Shown: positions 35,900 through 45,805 of the stretch, piece by piece
Numbering within the stretch: the first letter of the stretch is position 1
Layout of the letters: the number at the start of each line of letters is the position of its first letter
NCBI GenBank assembly: GCA_049436045.1
Contig: JBMTHG010000001.1
Span: 1-47,567 of the forward strand
DNA length: 47,567 nt
Direction: 5' to 3'
Origin: Bdellovibrionota bacterium
Lineage (GTDB): Bacteria > Bdellovibrionota > UBA2394
Position numbers and translations under genes: made by a program
The notes under the pieces: model-generated
The model's input: the letters and a program-made list of their open reading frames with translations, nothing else
What the model was told of the DNA's origin: nothing
Databases searched by the model: none

Positions 35900-38184
35900 C
35901 TTTTGTCAGCCGATTTAGAAGAGACAGAGCGCAAATCTTGGTCTGCTATCGAAACCTCTTCAAAGTCTTTGTCTTTTAAATGAGGGTAATCAATTCTTTG
36001 ATGGTAAATACCCTGAAGAACTTGAATGAAAGCATCCCCGATGGAATTTAGATCTTTTAGACTTAGTTCACATTCATCGAGTTGGCCGTCGAGGAAAAAT
36101 CTCTTGATGGTTTGGCCTACTTTCTGTCGAAGTTGGTCAAGATTCGCTCCTTGTAAGCTTTTTGCCGTGGCTTCAACGGCGTCTGCGAGCATGATGATGG
36201 CCGCTTCTTTGGTTTGAGGTTTTGGGCCTGGATAGCGAAAATCTTTTTCATCAATGTCTTCTGGAGATTCTGCAGCTTGTTTAGCCTTTTCATAAAAAAA
36301 TGAAATAAGTGATGTGCCGTGATGTTGAGGGATCACATCAATAATGCTTTGAGGAAGTTTGTAGCTTTCGGCCAATTCAATTCCCTCTTTCACATGATTC
36401 GAAATGATCAAAGCGCTCATGCTCGGAACGAGACGGTCATGTTTGTTTTCACCCTTGATGTTCTCAATAAAGTATTGAGGCTTTTTTGTTTTTCCTACGT
36501 CATGGTAAAGACTCGCTACTCTTGCAAAGAGTGGGTTGGCATTGATGGCCTCGGCGGCCTTTTCTGATAGCTGACCTACTGTGAAAGAATGAAAATAGCT
36601 ACCAGGCGCTTTCATGATCATCTCTCGCAACAAAGGGTGATTCGTATTTGAGAGCTCCATCAATCGAAGGTCGGTGGTGTAACCTAGATATTCAATAAGA
36701 GGCTGTGCAGCTAAAACCAAGCCCGCAGAAAAAACTCCAGAAAGAATAGCGAAGCCTGCCGACGCCGAAACATTTAACCAAGTCGATTCAAGGCCAACAG
36801 ATTGTGAAAGCCCGATCGCTAGGCCAATCAAAAGGCAGAGCGCTTCAATGCCGCCGGCCAAGAGGCCTGCTTTCAAAACATCAATGCGCTGATTCATGTG
36901 ACGCATCGAAGCCGCTCCCGCCATGCACACCACAAAACCGAGCAAGCCAAAAAAGGGATCTTTGAAAAGCCAAGCGACACAAAGATTAAACAAAAGACAG
37001 AAGAAGGAGGTGATCTCTATGCTTGTGAAAAGTCGAAGCATCATACCCGGAAACGCTAACGGAATCAGAAGCGTTAATGAGATGGACGTTGCCGATTGGG
37101 CCTCTGCAGAATCAAAGAGATATTGTAATCCAGTGACGAGCGCCATCGACAGAACAAAAAATCCACCTAAGACAAGCCGATCTCTTCCCGAAATTTTAAA
37201 TCGTTTAAAGTTCCTCACTCCGATCCAATGAAAGAGAAACACAAGAACAAAAAGCAAAAGCACGAAGCCTAGATAAGACTCGATATCGGTTTGCCTGAGT
37301 TGCAAGTTTTTAAGGCTCTCTAATAAGAGAACATGTTTTCGCTCCACTCGCTGGCCCTCTCGAAGAATCATCTCACCCTTGGCGATCTCGATTAACACGG
37401 GTTCGACCTTCGCTCGAGATTCTTCTCTTTGGGTCTTTGTCTCCACTTGATTGAAGGCTAGATTTGGCAGAATCAATTTCTCGGCTAACTGAAGTAAGAT
37501 TTCTCGAGATGAAGGTGAAATGTCTTGCCACTGTCGATCGGTCGATGTTTGAAATCGGCGTAGGCGATTGGAAACTTGATCAGTAAACAAAATTTTTCTG
37601 CGTAGATCATCTTTCAAAAGGCTTTCTTGAGATTCAGAAATAAGGTCTCGAATAACGGCTGAGCCTTGCATCTTAAAGTCTGTAGGCTCTTGTTCTAAAA
37701 TCCAATATTGATAAACGAATCGGATCATATTGATGAGATAGGCCTCATCTTTTTTCGAAAGATTGTCGGCTTCGATTCTCTTCCAAAGAGAATCGCTAAT
37801 CTCAATTTTCAATCTATCTTCAAACTCTTTCTTTGAAGGGCTCTTTAATCGATTTTGACGAAGCCAACTAAAGCTTTCTTGAATTCTTGAGATCAAATGG
37901 CTTTGAAGTTGAGAGTCAAAATCAAAAACATCAGAGACATTTAACTCAGCGGCATCTTGTCGTCGCCTTGTCGATTCATCATCGACAACAAGAATGGCAC
38001 CGAGAGACTTTATGTCTGACTTGGCAATTTCTCCAACTTCATAGGCAGGAACATTTTTTTGAAATGGATTTTGCACCATCAAGCCAGTCAGACAGGCCAA
38101 TACGAGCGGAACAATGATTTGCGACCAACGTGCTCTAAAAAAATCACTTAAAAAATCTAAGACTTCTAACAAACGCTGCCGCAC
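35896..38184 (-). CDS. 7TM-receptor/HD-domain phosphohydrolase (PgpH/YqfF-like)
   Basis: An extracellular N-terminal domain is followed by seven TM helices and an HD domain (SLYHDVGKTKKPQYF, QHHG). It sits upstream of ybeY, as in the Bacillus phoH-yqfF-ybeY cluster. Confidence 0.8.
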   Translation of the reverse strand: MRQRLLEVLDFLSDFFRARWSQIIVPLVLACLTGLMVQNPFQKNVPAYEVGEIAKSDIKSLGAILVVDDESTRRRQDAAELNVSDVFDFDSQLQSHLISRIQESFSWLRQNRLKSPSKKEFEDRLKIEISDSLWKRIEADNLSKKDEAYLINMIRFVYQYWILEQEPTDFKMQGSAVIRDLISESQESLLKDDLRRKILFTDQVSNRLRRFQTSTDRQWQDISPSSREILLQLAEKLILPNLAFNQVETKTQREESRAKVEPVLIEIAKGEMILREGQRVERKHVLLLESLKNLQLRQTDIESYLGFVLLLFVLVFLFHWIGVRNFKRFKISGRDRLVLGGFFVLSMALVTGLQYLFDSAEAQSATSISLTLLIPLAFPGMMLRLFTSIEITSFFCLLFNLCVAWLFKDPFFGLLGFVVCMAGAASMRHMNQRIDVLKAGLLAGGIEALCLLIGLAIGLSQSVGLESTWLNVSASAGFAILSGVFSAGLVLAAQPLIEYLGYTTDLRLMELSNTNHPLLREMIMKAPGSYFHSFTVGQLSEKAAEAINANPLFARVASLYHDVGKTKKPQYFIENIKGENKHDRLVPSMSALIISNHVKEGIELAESYKLPQSIIDVIPQHHGTSLISFFYEKAKQAAESPEDIDEKDFRYPGPKPQTKEAAIIMLADAVEATAKSLQGANLDQLRQKVGQTIKRFFLDGQLDECELSLKDLNSIGDAFIQVLQGIYHQRIDYPHLKDKDFEEVSIADQDLRSVSSKSADKS

Positions 38185-38230
38185 TACAATAAGTTAACCG
38201 CTTTTGGAACATTTTTAAAGAGGAGCTTAT

Positions 38231-39289
38231 CTATTCGATTGGCTTAGCTTTCCAACGATATCGAGTAGGGCTTTCCCATTGATAAGGCAAGTTTTGTCCC
38301 TTTTGCAGAAAAAAATGATTTGTTTCATTGAGTTCTCGCAGTTGGGTCGGATATTGACCAAATTCTGCTCGATAGAGTTCTAAAGTTTGCGAAAGTTCGT
38401 TGGGAATCTCGTAGAAGGCTTCGCGATGAAGTTGATTATAGAAAGCGAGCAAGTTCAGTATTCCTCCAAAGACGATTAAGACGCTCGACACAATCAGGAC
38501 ATCGCGCAAATACTTCGTGGGTCTCAGTGAGGCATTGGCGGATCGAGTTCGTTTGTCAAGTGGCTCGATGAGTCCACGATCCCAAAGCTCGATGAGCTGG
38601 CGGAGCACAAGAAATTCTCCCTGATAGGAGCTTCGAATTAAATCCTCGACACTATTCTTTCCATTGCAGAGTTTCAGAATGTCTCTTTCCATTTCTTCTT
38701 CTGGGCTAAATGATGCCTCGTTGGATTCAAATTGCAGGGCCAGATCAATAATGTCGGGCGTGGAAAATTGCTCATTTGAAGTTTTTGACTTCAACACAAA
38801 AATTCGTTTGGAAGACTCTATTCGCCTTTGTATTGATTGCCATTCCTGATCTCTGTGTTGAGCTTCTTTTAATAAGCTCTCAATTTTCGTGGGATGAAAG
38901 TAACTTATTTCTGAATCTTGTGATTCATTCGGTTCTTGAGCCTGAGGAACGAGCTCAAGATTCGTCCAAAAGAAAATTCTAAAAAAAACTTCAAATCGAT
39001 CAATCTCGAAATATCGCATGAGCCGCTGGGTTTGATCAGCGTTCAGCCTCAAACAGATTTCAATAAAGTCTATCCAGCCCTCATGGGGAGAGATGGCATT
39101 GAGCGGCGGGAGTTCTATGGATGAAAGTTTTTCAAGGCGCTCTATACTGCGATCTAGAGGTCGATAGGCGTAGAGAAAGCGACCTTTTCGAAGGCAGATA
39201 TAGGCTAAACCTTCGGAGGCCCGAGCTTCGATGAATCCCGACCATTTTTGCTCTGCGAGTTCCTCAAAAAAATGAAAAATCTTTTTCAT
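38231..39289 (-). CDS. Hypothetical protein with one C-terminal TM; the N-terminus is loosely DUF4388-like
   Basis: It is ATGA-coupled to the upstream gene. The N-terminal WSGFIEARASEGLAYICLRKGRFLYAY and the TM VLIVSSVLIVFGGILNLLAF are present. Confidence 0.55.
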   Translation of the reverse strand: MKKIFHFFEELAEQKWSGFIEARASEGLAYICLRKGRFLYAYRPLDRSIERLEKLSSIELPPLNAISPHEGWIDFIEICLRLNADQTQRLMRYFEIDRFEVFFRIFFWTNLELVPQAQEPNESQDSEISYFHPTKIESLLKEAQHRDQEWQSIQRRIESSKRIFVLKSKTSNEQFSTPDIIDLALQFESNEASFSPEEEMERDILKLCNGKNSVEDLIRSSYQGEFLVLRQLIELWDRGLIEPLDKRTRSANASLRPTKYLRDVLIVSSVLIVFGGILNLLAFYNQLHREAFYEIPNELSQTLELYRAEFGQYPTQLRELNETNHFFLQKGQNLPYQWESPTRYRWKAKPIE

Positions 39290-40983
39290 ATCGATGATGC
39301 CTTTTTAACTCCCCAAAGCGCGTTAAAAGTTAAGAGAAGCAATCCAAAAATGAGGAGGCTAAAAGATGTTCCATAAGCCAAAAACTGTGGAAGCTGCTGA
39401 AATCCAAAAAAGTTTAAAACCTCACTACGCCATAGTGAGGATAGCCCACCCCAAAGAGTCAAATAGACCAAAAGATTGAGAGCTAAGGCCCTTCCATAGG
39501 AGCCTTTCTCTAGCTGGTAGGCTCCTGGAACAATCCAAATCCAAAACTGAATCAATCTTTTTAGCTGTTCCTTATAAAAAAGCTGTTGATTCTTCCATTG
39601 CTTTCTCTCAGCGAGATGGAGTTGATCTCGCTTTTCGAGCACATGGATACTTGTCGTGCTGAGAAACTCATCATGGGTATTTGTTGCTCGTCCAGTTTCT
39701 TGGCAGAGCCCGCTTGTTTTTTGAGACAAGAACAAGAAGATCAGAAAAATAACTAATGGTAGAAAAAATAAAATCATCTGAATCAAAAACGAGCTTATCG
39801 AAGCTGACCTCCAAAGTTGACTGAAGCCTTGCAAAAAATCTTTGGCCGCTTGAAGAAATGCATCGCCCCATTCAATATCAGTTTTCGGCGGAAGGATTCC
39901 GGCGCTTGTCGCCAAACTTCGGTCGTAAAGTTTTGAATAGGTTTCGTGTCCTAACTCATTCTTCATCTTGTCAAAAAGATCTAAGTTCTGAGATTTGAGA
40001 TAGAGCTGAGAAAGATTGAAGCTTATGATTTCATTTTTTCCATATTGCGCTTCTATTTGATGAAGCTGATCGACCAGCAGACGCGCAGGTTGGTATTGAG
40101 CATCGATCACAAATTTCATCAAAGAAGAGTTGAGGGAGTCAGGAGCGCTTTGATTGAGTCTCGAGGCGAGAAGATATTGATGATTCCAGAAAGACCACTG
40201 AGCTTGTTCTTCAGGTTTCAATTTCAGCAAAAGGTGCTGCGGATATTCTAAGCGATTTTTGCCAGAGTTCATCGCCTCTTTGAGACTAACAAAACTCAAG
40301 TTTTCATATAGGGAGCCCCAAAAACTAGCGGTCAAAATAAATCCAAGAAGAATCAGGGATAATCGCCGATAAAATCTTCGATTTCTTGAATATAACATCG
40401 CTGTCAGGCAGAAAAGAAGGCAAGCAAACAAAAATTGTTTAGTCATGATTCCCAAAATCAAAGCTCCTGTGAGTAGAAAAAGCCCGCCGAAATGCGTAGA
40501 AATTTTTAAGAGTCGATTTAAATCATTCATGATCGAAGCTCGCCAGATAAAAAGCTGAAACAAGCAGAGCGTAAGCACAGAAATCAGTAGAATTGGAAGC
40601 AGTCGGTAGAGAATCTCCATGCATGTTCTGAGGGCATCGATGGGACGATGAATCAGCTCTCGAATCAATGATTGAAACGAATTTAACACAAGTTGCCATT
40701 CGAAGATCGATTCAGAAAGAAGATGGCGAATTCCCAAAAGATGAGTCGAGACATCACCTAAGGGGGGTTCAATTTCTTTTTGCTGAAGAATCTGCCACTG
40801 AACCCATTCTGAGGTTTGGCGAAAGTCATTTTTTCGATCAAGAGGTTCGCCAAGTTCAAAGGATTTCAATGAGTTTTGAAAATCCTCTCGACGCTCTGAT
40901 TGGCCCAAAATGGAGCCAAAAGCAGACAAAGATGGGACAGCCAACAGAGCGAGAATTCCGAAAATTTTAAAAAACCTAGGCAT
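39286..40983 (-). CDS. Polytopic membrane protein, function unknown
   Basis: ATG 40983 gives the signal-like N-terminus MPRFFKIFGILALLAVPSLSAFG. The track start at 41037 is a GTG that overlaps the sigma-54 promoter on the other strand. Confidence 0.6.
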   Translation of the reverse strand: MPRFFKIFGILALLAVPSLSAFGSILGQSERREDFQNSLKSFELGEPLDRKNDFRQTSEWVQWQILQQKEIEPPLGDVSTHLLGIRHLLSESIFEWQLVLNSFQSLIRELIHRPIDALRTCMEILYRLLPILLISVLTLCLFQLFIWRASIMNDLNRLLKISTHFGGLFLLTGALILGIMTKQFLFACLLFCLTAMLYSRNRRFYRRLSLILLGFILTASFWGSLYENLSFVSLKEAMNSGKNRLEYPQHLLLKLKPEEQAQWSFWNHQYLLASRLNQSAPDSLNSSLMKFVIDAQYQPARLLVDQLHQIEAQYGKNEIISFNLSQLYLKSQNLDLFDKMKNELGHETYSKLYDRSLATSAGILPPKTDIEWGDAFLQAAKDFLQGFSQLWRSASISSFLIQMILFFLPLVIFLIFLFLSQKTSGLCQETGRATNTHDEFLSTTSIHVLEKRDQLHLAERKQWKNQQLFYKEQLKRLIQFWIWIVPGAYQLEKGSYGRALALNLLVYLTLWGGLSSLWRSEVLNFFGFQQLPQFLAYGTSFSLLIFGLLLLTFNALWGVKKASSI

Positions 40984-41031
40984 TTTTAATAGTTTAAGGG
41001 CTCTTTCACAGATCAACCAAGGCTTAATTTT

Positions 41032-41047
41032 TGGCACGACATTTGCA
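41032..41047 (+). promoter_or_regulatory. Sigma-54 promoter, perfect TGGCACG-ACAT-TTGCA
   Basis: It matches the full TGGCACGNNNNTTGCW consensus and lies 36 nt upstream of ATG 41083, in a divergent intergenic region. Confidence 0.7.
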
Positions 41048-41082
41048 TACTAGGGCGCTGAATACGTGTGTGAGCTTATTGT

Positions 41083-42738
41083 ATGTGGATTAAAAGCTAC
41101 ATTTTTAGTTTTGCCTGGCTTTGCCTCTCGGTCTCGGGACTGTGGGCTCAAAGCCCTTATCGCATTGCCACTTTTGGAAGCTTATCCAATGACTCCTGTA
41201 GTGATTTTCTTTCCTATTTGGGCGAAGCTCTTTCTCGAAGTTCGATTCGGCATTTAAAGCGATCGGAGCCTTCGTCTTTTGGCGATGACCGAGCGCGGTT
41301 TGGGCCTTTTGCGATCGCCAAGTCAAAAGAGACAGCTCGCTATGTCTCTCAGCCTGAGTCGGGGCGCTTAGTTCATTACATTCAGATTCTTCCTGGAAAG
41401 CTTAAGTTTTTGAGATCAAAGCTCACAGCCGAAGAAGTGAATATTTTGCTAAATCAAATTAGAGAGATCATTATTCGATCGGGCCTAATTGAAACGGGTG
41501 AGAGTGATGCTATTTTTGGATTTAAATCAGGTCGTTATAATTTGAATGCGAGTCAGGAAAATTCAGAAGAGATTTCAAAACTCATCAAGGCGTCTGAAAA
41601 TATTTTTCGAAATCTTCAAAAAAATATTTTTGAATCTCCACATTTACAAAATGGACCTTTTAACTGGCAAGTGGATCGCTTGTTAGCTCTTGGCTCTGGT
41701 GAATCTGAAATTGAAGCTGTCATTGCCTCTCGCTTTTCAACAGAGAGTTTTGTTAGGTTTTCAGAAGTTGAAGCTAAGGTCAAAGCGGCTGTTCTTGAAC
41801 TGCGAGACTTATCAAGTCGATTAAAGAATATTCTTCGATCGAATGTGCATACTTCGAGGCTCATCGCAAATGACCAATTCGAGAAATCATTTTTTGATAA
41901 TTTTCGACAATTTCAGAGTCAGGAAGATTTTATAGATAGTCTTCGCTCTAAAGGCCTGACGGAGGGTGAAGCTGAAGAGTTGGCTGGGGTTGCCTTTCGA
42001 TTTTTTTCTTTAGTCGATAAATTTATTCCTGGAACTCAGTTTTCAAATGATTCGATTGAGCAAGTTTTTGAAGATCAAACACCACGCGATCGAAGCCCTA
42101 GCGAAGATACGAAATCGATTTTGATTGCTGATGTAAAAGGTGCTGGCTCTGACATTCTTTCAGAAACTTGGTACTCGCTTGAAGCCGCTATCGCTCCGCA
42201 CATGGCTTCTAGAGAAAATTCTTTTGATGTCAAAGCAGTGATAAGAGAAATTGACATTAGCCCAGCGATTCAACGACTGCAGTCTTCACTCGATCGAGCT
42301 TTAGAGACAGTTAAAAAAATTGAAGGGGAGAATCTGATTGATCATTGGATCACAGGAGATGAAGTTCTATTTTTCTTAAAAGATGAATCAAGAGCTCATC
42401 GAGTCTCTTCATTAGAGTTAGGCAATGTGAGATTGGTCGAAGAGAATCAATCTTCAATCTCGGAGCTTGCTCCACAAGATCGAGCTTATTTTCGAGAAGT
42501 GGTCGAGCGAAGTCATAAGTTTCTTGAAAAGCAATACCCAGACCTCCCATTAAAGATGGTGAGGGCAGACTTCCAAAATGATTTATTCTCTATTCAGATT
42601 TCTTTACAGAATTCAGCGGATAAAGATCGACCAAGCGATGAACAGCTGGAGGCTATCAAAATTGCCATTTCAAAAGATCTTCGAGAGGGCTTTTCAGATT
42701 TTCAGCTTCTTAATCGTCTTCAGGTCGATTTTTTCTAA
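41083..42738 (+). CDS. Exported 551-aa hypothetical protein
   Basis: The signal peptide is MWIKSYIFSFAWLCLSVSGLWA. I could not securely recognise any domain. Confidence 0.65.
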   Translation: MWIKSYIFSFAWLCLSVSGLWAQSPYRIATFGSLSNDSCSDFLSYLGEALSRSSIRHLKRSEPSSFGDDRARFGPFAIAKSKETARYVSQPESGRLVHYIQILPGKLKFLRSKLTAEEVNILLNQIREIIIRSGLIETGESDAIFGFKSGRYNLNASQENSEEISKLIKASENIFRNLQKNIFESPHLQNGPFNWQVDRLLALGSGESEIEAVIASRFSTESFVRFSEVEAKVKAAVLELRDLSSRLKNILRSNVHTSRLIANDQFEKSFFDNFRQFQSQEDFIDSLRSKGLTEGEAEELAGVAFRFFSLVDKFIPGTQFSNDSIEQVFEDQTPRDRSPSEDTKSILIADVKGAGSDILSETWYSLEAAIAPHMASRENSFDVKAVIREIDISPAIQRLQSSLDRALETVKKIEGENLIDHWITGDEVLFFLKDESRAHRVSSLELGNVRLVEENQSSISELAPQDRAYFREVVERSHKFLEKQYPDLPLKMVRADFQNDLFSIQISLQNSADKDRPSDEQLEAIKIAISKDLREGFSDFQLLNRLQVDFF

Positions 42739-42740
42739 GA

Positions 42741-44330
42741 TCAGCGACGCAGCTTTCGTCTTAGGATCTGACTAATCTCAAGTCTCATGATCCAAGCAAA
42801 AACAAAGAAAAGAAAAACGCCGCAAATCACAAGCAATAAGAGAACAAGGGCTTTGTGAATAGAGAGGCCGTGAGTGTTCCAAAGGTTATCAAACACATAA
42901 AGTTGAGAGAAAAACAGCGGCACAAACATGATAAGAGAGGCGAGGCTTGATTTCATGCTAGTCGAAGCAATTTTCTTCCAAGGAAAATCGGGATGTCGAT
43001 GAATCAAGGCGACAAGCAATAAAAAGAAGTTGGCAGCCGATGCGATAGATGTCGCCAGTGCAATGCCGGGAGCTCCCATGAAATTTGACAACTGCCAAGC
43101 TCCAAAAAAGTTAATAATCAAAGCAACGACAGCGACGTAGACGGGAGTCTTCGTATCTTTCTCGGCATAAAAGAGAGGAACTAGGCTTCGAAGAAGACAA
43201 AAAAACGGCAGACCGAGAGCATAAAAAATAAGACACTGAGTGCTCACCCTCCAGTCATCGAGTTGAAATTTACCCGTCAAAAAAATGCTGGAGATCAAAG
43301 GTCCTGCCAAAGCGAGAATTCCGGCCATCGAGGCAAAGGCAAGAGATGAATTGATTGACCATGAAAATGCAAAGGTTTGCCCAAGTGCTTCTTTGTCACC
43401 TGCCGCTGCCAATCGAGAAAAACTCGGAACTGCGGCGACAGCCATTGAAGTGGCAATGAGAGAAACAGGAAGTTCGATCAACAAATCAGCATAAAATAAA
43501 TGCGAAACGGCGCCTGGAATCTCACTCGCAAAAACTCTGTTGATGATGATGTTGAGCTGATAAACGCCCATTCCAAAAATCGAAGGCAAAAGAAGAACAG
43601 AAAGCTCTTTCACTCGAGGGTCTGATTTTGGAATTTCAAATTTCGGCAAACAGCCCGCTCGAATGAGGGCGGGAATCTGAATCAGAAGTTGCAATAGGGC
43701 TCCAAGAAGAATGCTGCCTGCAAAAATAAACATGGCCTCATCGGCGGCGTATTTGCCGCGCCAAAGAAGTGCTGGGCAAACAATAATCACGCTGAGGTTC
43801 AGCACGGCGGGGCCAAGAGCGGGAATGGCAAAGCGCTTCAGGCTGTTGAGAATTCCCATGCAAAGCGCCGACAGAGAAATCAAAATCAAAAAAGGAAACA
43901 AAAATTGAGTGAGTTGCACGGTGAATTCAAATTTGCCGGGGGTGTTTTGAAACTCCGGAACATAAATAAAAACTAAAAGCGGGCTTAGCAAAATGCCGAA
44001 CAGGGTCACGAAGACGAGACCTAAAAAAAGCCAAGAAAGACTCTGGTTGGCAAAGCTTTTTGCTTCGGCGCCAGCCTTTTCGTCTTTCAATTGACGAGTA
44101 AAGAGTGAAACAAAGGCGGGGGTGAGTGCGCCCTCACCAAATAGCCTGCGAAGCGCGTTAGGAATCGTAAAAGCTGCGATGAAGGCATCGGCTAAAAATC
44201 CTGCGCCAAAAAAGTGACTCAAAATCTGGTTTCGAGCGAGTCCTAGAATTCGTGATAAAAAAGTCGAGGCTGCCAAAATGCTAGAGGCTTTTCCTATCTC
44301 TTTATTTTCGTGTTTAGACCGGCTCATCAC
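42741..44330 (-). CDS. murJ: Lipid II flippase MurJ (MviN)
   Basis: A 529-aa protein with about 14 TM helices. The N-terminus ASSILAASTFLSRILGLARNQILSHFFGAG...FTIPNALRRLFGEGALTPAFV is typical of MurJ. Confidence 0.85.
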   Translation of the reverse strand: MMSRSKHENKEIGKASSILAASTFLSRILGLARNQILSHFFGAGFLADAFIAAFTIPNALRRLFGEGALTPAFVSLFTRQLKDEKAGAEAKSFANQSLSWLFLGLVFVTLFGILLSPLLVFIYVPEFQNTPGKFEFTVQLTQFLFPFLILISLSALCMGILNSLKRFAIPALGPAVLNLSVIIVCPALLWRGKYAADEAMFIFAGSILLGALLQLLIQIPALIRAGCLPKFEIPKSDPRVKELSVLLLPSIFGMGVYQLNIIINRVFASEIPGAVSHLFYADLLIELPVSLIATSMAVAAVPSFSRLAAAGDKEALGQTFAFSWSINSSLAFASMAGILALAGPLISSIFLTGKFQLDDWRVSTQCLIFYALGLPFFCLLRSLVPLFYAEKDTKTPVYVAVVALIINFFGAWQLSNFMGAPGIALATSIASAANFFLLLVALIHRHPDFPWKKIASTSMKSSLASLIMFVPLFFSQLYVFDNLWNTHGLSIHKALVLLLLVICGVFLFFVFAWIMRLEISQILRRKLRR

Positions 44331-44427
44331 TCCCCTTTTGTGACAGATTATAAAATAGGCTACAATATTAGAGGCTGCGGGAGAATGAGGAATTCGTTAG
44401 TTTTTTAATGAAATAAATGGGGGGCCT

Positions 44428-45444
44428 TTGATTTCTTTCGAAACAAATATATTAGTCTGGTTAATTTTTTTAAGTGCCATTGCTTTTATTTCGTGGGTGG
44501 TTTTGAGATCGAAGTCCCATGGTCGAAAATTTGATTTTCGACTGCTTGCAATAGGTTTTAGTTCTCTTTCGGTGATCGGTCTTTTTATGATTTGGCAATC
44601 TGGTTTTCTCATGCCCGATCAAACTTCAAAGAATTCCGCTAGTCTGACCTCCGAAGAATTTCTATGTGAGGAGGTTTCCGAAGAGGGCTCTCAGATCGGC
44701 GGTGTTGGTGGCGCTGATATGTCTCCAGAGACAGAGGCTTCATATGAAGCGTGGATGAGTTTTGTTGAGCATGATCTCTCTTCACTTCGCGATTTAACGA
44801 CGCCACCTGAGCCCTGCGAAACTTGGGAGCTTATTTGCGATAACTGGCCGATTCCTCCGGGTTATGTGGACCCCTCAGAATGTAAAATGAAAGTGCCTAC
44901 GGCTGCGTGCGCGCAATGCGGATTTAGCGCAGGAGAAAGTTATACCTCAGAGCAGATTCAAAACTGTGCTTCCGGCATGACGCCCGAGACTCTTGGTTGT
45001 GATGCTCGAATCAGCATTCAGGCGCTTTGTAGTTTCCGGCACGAAGCGATCCATACAGGGCAAGACTTTTCATCGATGAGATCGTGTGAGGCAGAAATTC
45101 CCGCCTTTGAAGACACGGAGCAGTGTTTTCGAGATTGGTGCGAGCAATGCCCCCGCAAGTGCTCAGATATTGATCGAAGGTATATTTCATTTGCGAGAGC
45201 GGCGGTAGAGTTTAATCAGTGCGTGTGTCGACGCTCTTCGATTCATCGCGATGCCATCTCCGATGATATTTTAGAAATTATTCAGTCGACAATTCACTGC
45301 AGTCTCTGTCGAGCAGCCTGTGGGCTATCTCTTCGATGTGCTTTTTTTCCGGGCGATAACTGCCAGCGACTTGAACGGCAATACTGCAAAGAACTGCCTT
45401 GGCATTTGGAGCCTCAAATGGGTCTTCAAAACTCAGAGCCTTGA
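44428..45444 (+). CDS. Membrane-anchored Cys-rich protein with an HEAIH (HExxH) motif
   Basis: A TTG start follows GGGGGG. There are two N-terminal TM segments and more than 20 Cys in the C-terminal 230 aa. HEAIH lies at 45040-45054. Confidence 0.5.
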   Translation: MISFETNILVWLIFLSAIAFISWVVLRSKSHGRKFDFRLLAIGFSSLSVIGLFMIWQSGFLMPDQTSKNSASLTSEEFLCEEVSEEGSQIGGVGGADMSPETEASYEAWMSFVEHDLSSLRDLTTPPEPCETWELICDNWPIPPGYVDPSECKMKVPTAACAQCGFSAGESYTSEQIQNCASGMTPETLGCDARISIQALCSFRHEAIHTGQDFSSMRSCEAEIPAFEDTEQCFRDWCEQCPRKCSDIDRRYISFARAAVEFNQCVCRRSSIHRDAISDDILEIIQSTIHCSLCRAACGLSLRCAFFPGDNCQRLERQYCKELPWHLEPQMGLQNSEP

Positions 45445-45509
45445 GGCCAAAGAATGCCTCAAAAACCCAATTGACTTCCTGCGGGCTTAGAAGTTAAGTC
45501 CTAGGCCAT

Positions 45510-45761
45510 ATGGCCAATCATAAGTCAGCAGTAAAACGATCGAGACAAAACCCCAAGCGAGCCGCGCGAAATGCAAAAGTGCGCTCTCGTGTGAAAACCG
45601 CAATTAAAGCTGTTTTAGGGGCTTCTGGAGCTGAAGTTGATCAAAAGCTTTCAGAGGCATTTAGCGCGATTCAAAAGTCTCGAGGCGTTTATCATCGAAA
45701 AGCCGTTCAGAGAAAAATGTCTCGATTGGCAAAGGCCGCTCAGGCAAAAAAATCAGCCTAA
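45510..45761 (+). CDS. rpsT: 30S ribosomal protein S20
   Basis: The product starts MANHKSAVKRSRQNPKRAARNAKVRSRVKTAIK and is 83 aa and basic. Confidence 0.9.
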   Translation: MANHKSAVKRSRQNPKRAARNAKVRSRVKTAIKAVLGASGAEVDQKLSEAFSAIQKSRGVYHRKAVQRKMSRLAKAAQAKKSA

Positions 45762-45805
45762 AAAATTAGCTTAAAAGTTTAGTCGGTCAAAAAAGCAGTT
45801 CGTTG

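Noticed and set aside
42121-42380. GGDEF/class III cyclase-like palm motifs in the 551-aa exported protein (ILIADVKGAG ... ITGDEVLFFL).
   Set aside because: The two Asp-containing motifs are about 76 residues apart, against about 44 in real palm domains. The protein also carries a signal peptide. The resemblance is too weak to report without a profile search.
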